Below, piece by piece: positions 55,740 through 64,000 of a stretch of DNA of 64,000 nt (the first letter of the stretch is position 1; each line of letters opens with the position of its first letter). The DNA is from the human T2T-CHM13v2.0 reference genome, Homo sapiens. The stretch lies in NCBI RefSeq assembly GCF_009914755.1, contig NC_060947.1; one strand, 5' to 3'. Both the position numbers and the translations under genes were made by a program. A model generated the notes under the pieces. It was not told the origin of the DNA, did not search any database, and was given only the letters and a program-made list of their open reading frames with translations.

Positions 55740-56940
55740 TAGGAAAGAGACAAACAACTTCATCAAAATGTCCTGAGGCTGAAACTTGCATGAAATTTTG
55801 GAGTAACAACTAGGAGGTCAGTGTGGTTGCATACAGTATGCAGTGACTCACAGTAGAAGATGAGGTTAGTGAGAGTATCTGCAGGTCCCTGTAAAGCTTT
55901 CACTTTATGCTATATAGAATGGGAAAATTTTAGAAGGTTTTCAGCAAAGAACTGACATGACTTCTCTCATCTTTTTTTATTTAAGATTACATTCCTTGTT
56001 ATGTGAAATATAAGCTGTAGGGATCAAGGGTGGAAGGAAGTAGACTATTCAAGATGGTATTAGCTAGCTTGGACAATGAATATGGCAGAAAAAGTAGTGA
56101 AAAGTAAGTGGGTTCTCGATATCTTTTGAGGGTATAGTCAACAGAATTTGCTGATGGATTAACCATAATGTGCGATATAAATTAAGGGTGATTGCAAGAT
56201 ATTTGGCCTGAGCAACTAGAAAGATAGACTTGCCTTATAGTGAGAGGGGACAAACTGCAGATGTGTCAGTTTAAGGGAAAGATCATAAACATGGCTTAGT
56301 CAGAATACTTTGACAATGATTATTAGACATCCAAGTAAAGACACAGAGCAGGTAGTTGTACAGGTGAGGTCAGGAATAGAGATATAAATTTGAGATTTAC
56401 AAGGGTCCATTTTGCCTTACTCTAAAGGAATACTTGAGACTGGGTAACTTATAAAGAAAAAAAGCTTATTTGGCTAATGGTTCTGCAGGCTGTAAAAGAA
56501 GCATGGCAACATCAACTGCTTCTGGTAAGGATCTCAGAAAGTTTCCAGTTATGGCAGAAGGAGAAGAAGGAGCAGGTGTGTCACATGGCAAGGTAAGGAG
56601 AAAGAGAGGAGGGAGGTTCAAGACTCTTTTAAACAACCAGATCTCAAGGGAATTAAAAAGGAGAATTAACTCATTACCATGAGGGCAGCACCAAGCCATT
56701 CATGGGGGACTTTCCTCTATGACCCAAACACTTCCCACGAGGCCCCACTTCCAACACTGGAGATCACATTTCAACATGAGATTTGTAGGGCACAAATATA
56801 CAAACTATATCAAAGGGTAAAAGTAAGTTTCCCAAGCCATAAGATTAAATGAAATTCTCAAGGAAGTGAACTCGAAAAATAAATGTTGTCCAAAGACCAA
56901 ATATTAAGCACTTCAATATGTGAGGCTGGAAAAATAAAAA
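55740..56940 (-). mobile_element. L2 fragment interrupted by an MST LTR
   Basis: 'tagtcaacagaatttgctgatggatt', 'ttggcctgagcaactagaaagata', 'tattagacatccaagt'. Confidence 0.75.
56406..56812 (-). mobile_element. MSTB-like MaLR solo LTR
   Basis: 'aggaatacttgagactgggtaacttataaag...caccaagccattcatg...atttcaacatgagattt...caaactatatca'. Flanked by AAGGG at 56401-56405 and 56813-56817. Confidence 0.88.
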
Positions 56941-57129
56941 TGAGCAGGAAGCATGTTCACTTGATCCACATTTTAAAATTAAACTTACAATATAATAAAA
57001 GTAGAATTGATATTCCCCAGAATATCAGAAAAAAGACTACTTTTATTCACTTTTTGTGAAAATATATGTATTAAATATATTTCTTAATATTTTATTTTTG
57101 TGAAAATATATGTATTAGATATGTATATA

Positions 57130-57264
57130 TTTACTTCTAGAAATCTATTCTAGTGGACTACTGCATATCCTTGTGCATAAGTGTGTGTACATATATATAT
57201 ACACACACGCAGACATACACACACATATGTGTATATATAGATTTTTATATGTTCGTAGCAGCAT
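57130..57264 (+). repeat. ~135-bp direct duplicate of 58265-58401
   Basis: Near-identical from tttacttctagaaatctattctag to tttttatatgttcgtagcagcat; differences are mostly in dinucleotide tracts. Confidence 0.95.
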
Positions 57265-58188
57265 CTGTTGCTGTGTAAATATTTGATCAACATTTAGCAA
57301 CTTAAAGCAACACATTTTTTAAAAAATCTCTGTTGTTGTGGGTTAGGAATTCAGAAGCTAGTTCGATGGATTATTCTGGTTTGGGATTTTTCGTGAGGTT
57401 GTAGTCAAAACATAGTCCAGGGCTCCTTACAGATCCACTTCCAAGATGGGTTACTCACATGGCTATTTCACAGAAGGTCTCAGTTCCTTGCTGGCTATTA
57501 ACAAGAGCACTGCAATAGTTCTTTCTCACATTGCTTTAAAGAACTCCCTGAGACTGGGTCACTTATTTATAAAAGAGATTTAATTGACTCACAGTTCTGC
57601 AGACTGTACACTAAGCATGGCTGAGAGGCCTCAGGAAACTTGCAATTGTAGCGAAAAGTTAAGGAGAAGCAGGCACATCTTACCATGGCAGAGCTGGAGA
57701 GAGAAAAAGTGGGAAGGTGTAAGTGCTACACACTTTCAAACAACCAGATCTCGTGAGAACTTACTCACTATCATGAGAACAGCATGGAGGAAGTCCACCC
57801 CCATAATTCAATCATCTCCCACCAAGTCCTCCCTTCCACACGTGAAGATTACAATTGGACATGTGATTTGGGTGGGGACACAGAGCCAAACCATATCAAG
57901 GACTAATTTTCTCACAAAATTGACCTCTTCATAGATTTCCTTAAGTATCCTTAGAACATGGCATCTGACTTCTCCTCAGAAAGAGTGGTATAAGAGAAAG
58001 AGGAAAAAATCCCAATGCCTTTTATGGTATAGCTTAGGAAATCACACATTATCACTTTGTCACATTCTATTTTTTGGAAGAGAGTCACTAAGTACAGCTC
58101 ATACTCAAAGGTAAAAATATTTGATTCCTTTCTTTTGAAGGGAGTAGTATCAAATAATTTATAGACATATTTTAAAACCTCAACAATG
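57265..58188 (-). mobile_element. MLT1 (F/G/H-like) LTR interrupted by a THE1D/MSTA LTR
   Basis: 'ctgttgctgtgtaa...ttagcaacttaaagcaacac', 'atccacttccaagatgg', 'agagtcactaagtacagctcatactcaa', 'gacatattttaaaacc'. Confidence 0.75.
57511..57898 (-). mobile_element. THE1D/MSTA-like solo LTR
   Basis: 'tttaattgactcacagttctgc...ggtggggacacagagccaaaccatatca'. TSD agcac / aggac. Confidence 0.9.
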
Positions 58189-58194
58189 TGGATT

Positions 58195-58700
58195 GGTTAA
58201 ACCTTTTCAGAAATAAATCTAGTAATGACATGAAAATTTAAGATGTGAATTCTGTTTTAATAATTTTACTTCTAGAAATCTATTCTAGTTCACTACTGCA
58301 TATGCTTGTGCATCAGTGTGTGTACATATATATATACACACACACACACATACACATATGTGTATATATAGAGATAGATTTTTATATGTTCGTAGCAGCA
58401 TTAGTAGTAGTAAAAATTACATACAGCTTTAGTGTCCAGCATTAAAAGAGCAGTTAAATTCATTATAATGCAGCTATACAATGGGGTAATATGTAGCAGC
58501 TAAAAGAATGAGGTAGATCTCTATGTACTGAAATGAAAAGAGACACGAGAAGATGTCATTATAGATTTTTATGAGAAATACAGTTGCAGAAAATTTTCTG
58601 TAGTATTTTTGTAAAAAAGTAAATGACAAAATCTATAAGTGTAAATGATGTATAAAACAAAAATGATGAATAGGATATAATCATAAAGTAATTTAATTTT
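58195..58700 (+). mobile_element. L1ME-like 3' fragment
   Basis: 'aattttacttctagaaatctat', 'atgttcgtagcagcatt', 'aaaagaatgaggtagatctctatgtactga'. Confidence 0.65.
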
Positions 58701-59559
58701 ATAACCCTTGCCCCTTTGCATTTTATTCACTTGGACATAAAATTCAAGCCAGCAACATGACTTTTCTGGTAATTTATGAGTTATACAAGGATTTTTGGCC
58801 AAAATTAAAATATCCAGTCTCATACAAGAGTAAAAAAGTGGGCATGTTGAAAGCAAGACACACTCAAGTGTGTGGCAGAGATGCATGATGGCTATTTCCA
58901 TCTTTTCCGGCATAGTATTTATAATCCTTCTCTCCTAGTTGTTATTCTCATTTAATTTGCCCTCCAAGGCTAGAGAATGAGGAAACTAAAGATACAATGA
59001 AAGTAGCAAATTTCTCATCTGACTGAAAATGTCATAATCTGTTTTCATGTTTTCTCAGGGTTTGGCAGTCCTTTCATGCATGCTGACTTTCTGTGGACTT
59101 TCAGTTCTTCAAAAACACTCACCATCACTGGGGATCTCTCATCTGCAATTCCCTTGACAGGAGTAAATCCTGTCCTATTCTGGCTAGTTGCCTGCCACTT
59201 GCTCCATAGCCCCAAGGCATCTGGCAGTACCATTTCCAGTCTTCTTCACAGAGATCCCCTTGCCCTTTCAGTTATTCTCTTAGACATTACAACTAAGACA
59301 CACCCATACTAGCTCATGTTTGGCCCACATGCAGTTTATGGGAAACAATCATACATTCTTGCCCTTGAGAGATTCTTGTAGTGTAGTTGTTTTACAACAG
59401 TCCTTGGTAGTGTTAATTCTCTAGCACTTCCAATCCTCCCTGAGAGTGGACTGAGCATGAAAGTTTAATGAAGTCAGAATACATAGGCACTTGAGGAAGC
59501 TGTCTGTGTGCATAGGGCCTATGTGCAACAGGGAGAAGTGAACTCAGATAAGCTGAGGA

Positions 59560-60595
59560 CATACAGGACATAGAATCAACAGGTTCTTCTCTACGTCCCA
59601 GAACTTCCCCAAAAACCTGGTTAATTTTCATCTTCTTTGTGCCCATTCTCAGTAAATGGAAAAAGAACTAACATCCATGCATTTGATTAAGCCTCAAATC
59701 TGGGAGTCATGTATTATTCCTCGTTTTCCCTCTAACCCTATAGGGAAGCAATAACCAAGTATTACCAGTTTTACCTCCTAAGTATTCTGAATCCACTAAT
59801 ATCTTTCCAACTATGCTAGTCTACCCTAGTCTAGGCCATCAACTCTTACTGAGATTATTGCAGTCTAACTGGAATACTTATCTCTAGTATTGCCTCCTTC
59901 TGATTTGTGTTCCACATTGTAGCTCTAGAAATCTTCCTGAAATGTAAATATGATTATGTCAGTCCTCTACCTTATATTCGTTCATAATTTTCCATTACGT
60001 GGGTATATATGATTGGGTACTTATTTATTCCTTCTGCCTCATATCTTACCACTTTCCAACTTTAATATTACGTCTACTGATACTAAACTATGTTTAATTC
60101 CCTACATATGCTGTATACTTTTTCTTCCATCTTGGCCCTTGTAAATGCTAGCTCTGCTGCCTAAAATGTGTTTCTCCATACATTCCATCTTTACCCAGCT
60201 AACTCCCAGTCATCTTTCAGATATAAGATAAATAGCCTGACTGTATATTTCAATTTTCCTATAATAATTATTATTTTGTCCTGTTGTCTTCTGTGCAATT
60301 ATTAATGATACAGCATTCACGTTCAAGTGTGACCTAGTTTAGGGTAATAATTTTCTATAATTTTCTTTAAGATAGAAATTTCTTCCTTCAGGAAACCTTC
60401 CCCGACTTCCCCAAGTCTATGTCGAAACCCCTTTTATGTAAAACAATGGAAACTCATACTTTCCTTTGTTTATTACTTATCTGTCTTACCTTTTAGAACT
60501 GTGAGTTCCTTCAGTGTAGAAATGAAATTTGTTTGGCTCACTTCAGCACCGATTCTTGTGTCTTGCCCATAAGTGATCAAATATATTTGTTCAAC
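59560..60595 (+). mobile_element. L2 3' fragment
   Basis: 'ttttacctccta', 'caggaaaccttcccc', 'tagaactgtgagttcctt...aaatatatttgtt'. Confidence 0.65.
60234..60367. mobile_element. MER94-like hAT MITE inserted in L2
   Basis: 'cctgttgtc...aattattaat...ttcac.ttcaa.tgtgacc' resembles recalled MER94. Flanked by taagata-like direct repeats, and the L2 resumes afterwards. Confidence 0.5.
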
Positions 60596-60649
60596 ACATG
60601 CAAATGCAAAACTCTCTTTGTTAATTGATGAGATTTCTAAGCATCACAT

Positions 60650-60895
60650 AATCTGAACATCAGTAATCACCAACAGGCAAAAGTAATTGACATATCATTA
60701 TTAGTAGTCAGTAAGTAATCATCTCTAAGGGGGTATTGACTGTGAAGTGGAACAGGGAGCTTTGGAAGTTCTGGAGATATTCTGTATTTTTAACAGGGTT
60801 TCATTGATGTATATATCTGTACAATTTAATCACCCTATACACTTAAGATTAAGATATTTAATTCTATCTACATTATATTTCAATAACAAATAAAA
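60650..60895 (+). mobile_element. L1ME-type 3' end
   Basis: 'tattgactg...ggaagttctggagatattctgtat...ctatacacttaagatt...attatatttcaataa'. Confidence 0.6.
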
Positions 60896-60934
60896 CACCA
60901 GCACATACACACAAACACACATAGTTTGTGACTA

Positions 60935-61461
<527 letters not shown>

Positions 61462-61759
61462 TTACTTTTTAGTCTGAAATTCCAATCAATGGAGGATTCT
61501 AGTGTCCATGTACATTTTTAAATGAAGTTTGAATTCACATGCCTATGAGTACATTCTATGAGTACATTTTCTTTGGAGTTTTTAGGGCATCTGAAGAAAT
61601 ACTAACATTTGAAGTAATCTATTCTCTTTAAAAGTTCTGATTTTCTAAACACTAATAAAGCATGTATGGATTAAATGCAAAGAGAAAATGGTTTGTGTTC
61701 CCCTTTCATCTTAGCTAACACTCTTTTATATTCTTATAGTCCATTGAATACAGTCATAT

Positions 61760-62283
61760 TGTATTAGTTTCATGCTGCTGCTGCAACAAATTACCATAAA
61801 CTGAGTGGTGTAAAGCAGCATATTTATCTTACAGTTCTGGAAATGTTAAATTTTAAAAATCAAGGTGTTGACAAGGCTGAGTTCCTTCTGAAGGATCTAG
61901 AGGATAATCCATTTCCTTGCTTTTTCCAGCTTCTAGAGGTCACTTGCCTTCCTTGACTCATGCATGGCCTCCCTCCTCCACTTTCAAAGCTAACATTGCA
62001 ACATCTTCAAATCTCTTTCTCTGTGATCTCTGCTTTCATCATCAAATCACCTTACTTCTCTCTACTTGCATAATCACATCTCCTTCTCTGATTCACCTGC
62101 CTCTGTCTCTTCAGAAAATTTTTGGTTATGCTGGTCCCACCTGGATAATCCAAGTTCATCTTTCCTTCTCAAGATACTTACCTGAATCACACCCTCAAAG
62201 TCCCCTTTTCATGTAAAGTCTTTCAAAGGGTTTTGAGACTAGGATGTTGATATCTTTGGGGTGGCATTATTCAGTCTATTGCA
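61760..62283 (-). mobile_element. MLT1C/D-like solo LTR
   Basis: 'tgtattagttt...aacaaattaccataaactgagtgg...ccagcttctagagg...cccacctggataatcca...cattattcagtctattgca'. Flanks catat / tgtat are consistent with a CpG-decayed CGTAT TSD. Confidence 0.85.
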
Positions 62284-62887
62284 TGTATACAGCTGTAGCC
62301 AGTTACTGTCTTGCTATTATCAGAAGCTATATTCCCAGTTTCTCAGTTGCAAAACAGCGAGTAAATTAGAGACCATTGTCCACATTCTGAGCTTGCAAAA
62401 AAAAAAAAATCCTTTTTATAAGAATCACTGAGATAATACCTTGCCAAATTCAGAGGATTTTTTTTTTCATGTTTTCTCACACATTTAGAGATCCTGAGCT
62501 ACACAGGTAAGATTATGCTAGACTGTAGGATATGTACGTAGCCATCTACCTGAAACAAAGTTACCTTTTTAAATAGTTACTAAACTTCGTGCCCTAAAAC
62601 AAAGGGCTAATAAGAAATTTTGAAGTTCTATCATAGACTAGTGTTTATAACCTGAAATCCTTATCAAACACTAAGAAAAACGTTAAAGAAAATTAAGTTT
62701 TAGAAACAAGCCTATTTGATATTTATGGCAAAAAAGGCAGTTTTCAGAAGACAAGGCATACTTGTTTTTTGTTTCCAGAGAGCCCAATAAAATTGTGACA
62801 GGGCTGTGAGTACACATTTGCAAGATAAGTCATCAAGTCTCAAAGCAAAAGTAACTATTTCACCAGGAATTGTATGAGAAGAATCAA

Positions 62888-63030
62888 TGTGGTGCAGTGA
62901 AAAGGGAAATGTCTTTGAAGGCAGAAAACTAGTTTCTGTTCTCTGCTGGTGACTTTAGTCATGTGACCACAGGAAATCACTTAATTTCTCTGACCTCAAT
63001 TTTCTATACAATAAGGGAGTTGCACTAGGT
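62888..63030 (+). mobile_element. MIR fragment
   Basis: 'tggtgcagtgaaaag...tgtgaccacaggaaatcacttaatttctctgacctcaattttct'. Confidence 0.7.
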
Positions 63031-63150
63031 ATGTGTTATTCAAATATTGCTACCATAGTACATAGATCAGTAGATGTAGGGTATGATCTAAAATAACCTT
63101 AACCCCTAAAAGGCTGTCTCTTTGCCCTTGCAATGGGTCCCACAGTTTTT

Positions 63151-63323
63151 CTTTTTTCTTTTTCTTTTTCTTTTCTTTTTTTTTTTTTTTTTTGAGAAGG
63201 AGTCTCGCTCTGCCGCCCAGGCTGGAGTGCAGTGGCGCGATCTTGGCTCACGGCAAGCTCCACCTCTCAGGTTCATTCTCCTGCCTCAGCCTCCCGAGTA
63301 GCTGGGACTACAGGTGCCCGCCA
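63151..63323 (-). mobile_element. 5'-truncated AluY-like element (right arm only)
   Basis: 'gcaagctcc' and 'gggactacagg'. TSD cacagttttt (63141-63150) / cacaattttt (63324-63333). Confidence 0.9.
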
Positions 63324-64000
63324 CACAATTTTTTTTAACATTCAGGAATGACACTTAGCTAGTGGGTCTTTCAATAGCTGTGTAAGGCTGTCCCTCCATG
63401 ATTCTATATTGCAATCCAATCATCTTCTGGTCATATTGGCAACACTTTTCAACATCATTCTCAAACTTCTATTTCCCAAATACCCATTAAGCCCATAAAA
63501 TTACAGAAATCCGCCTAAAGAAATGTGTGTAGAGCCTGAGTACCTGTACTTCATGCATAGACTACGGCATAAGAGGAGGACAAATAAAAATACAGTTTCA
63601 AAATACTAAAGGCTGAGTGAAATTGGCACCAACTGATATACCATGCTTATCCTATCACTTTATATATCCCTTGGTTATAATGGGATAATCCTGTCAGAGA
63701 CACAAGTACTTATTTTAAAAAAACACTTGATTAGATTATCTTTAATGCTTTTAATTCCAAAATTCTGTGAGTCTCTGAGTTTATAAGTCTTAGATTACAA
63801 AAACCACACAGTTGTTAAAATGTAACTTATTTATTATCATCATCGTAATTGAATTCTCCTATTTAAAATTCCCTATTTAAAATCTACTATTTTATGTTCC
63901 GTCAGTGTGTAATCACAGTACAGATCAAGAGGTAAGGGTTTTTGAAACTATACAAAACATAGATATATCAGTTATCCAAGGAATCAAGGAGCCTAGGTGG

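Noticed and set aside
61543-61568. 13-bp tandem duplication ctatgagtacatt x2
   Set aside because: Ordinary slippage micro-duplication.
63880-63940. Possible 26-nt micro-exon (ccgtcag|...caagag|gtaagg)
   Set aside because: Motifs alone are insufficient; the length is not a multiple of three and there are no supporting partner exons.

Overview
This is AT-rich, repeat-saturated primate genomic DNA. An SVA, AluY and LTR12 point to a human or great-ape source, and the leading GAATTC suggests an EcoRI clone end. I cannot support any protein-coding exon or RNA gene: the ORF-track hits I could place are decayed L1 ORF1/ORF2 pieces or chance frames in LTR/SVA/Alu sequence, and the rest are short unrecognised frames. 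The window holds a ~19 kb nested L1/LTR pile (230-19712), a minus-strand L1PA with a full-length SVA and an Alu inside it, a full-length THE1 with perfect 5-bp TSDs, a second nested L1/MLT cluster (38.5-48.9 kb) and scattered MIR/L2/MER/MLT/MST relics. I did not find a new biological system. The most unusual signals are rearrangement scars: a THE1 with a fold-back junction and two inverted LTR ends, a 95-bp near-identical inverted copy beside a (CT)n(TA)n microsatellite, a ~135-bp displaced direct duplication with a complex junction, and non-L1 filler replacing part of an L1 ORF2. Subfamily names come from recalled consensus sequences and are approximate. Boundaries without a TSD are good only to tens of bases.
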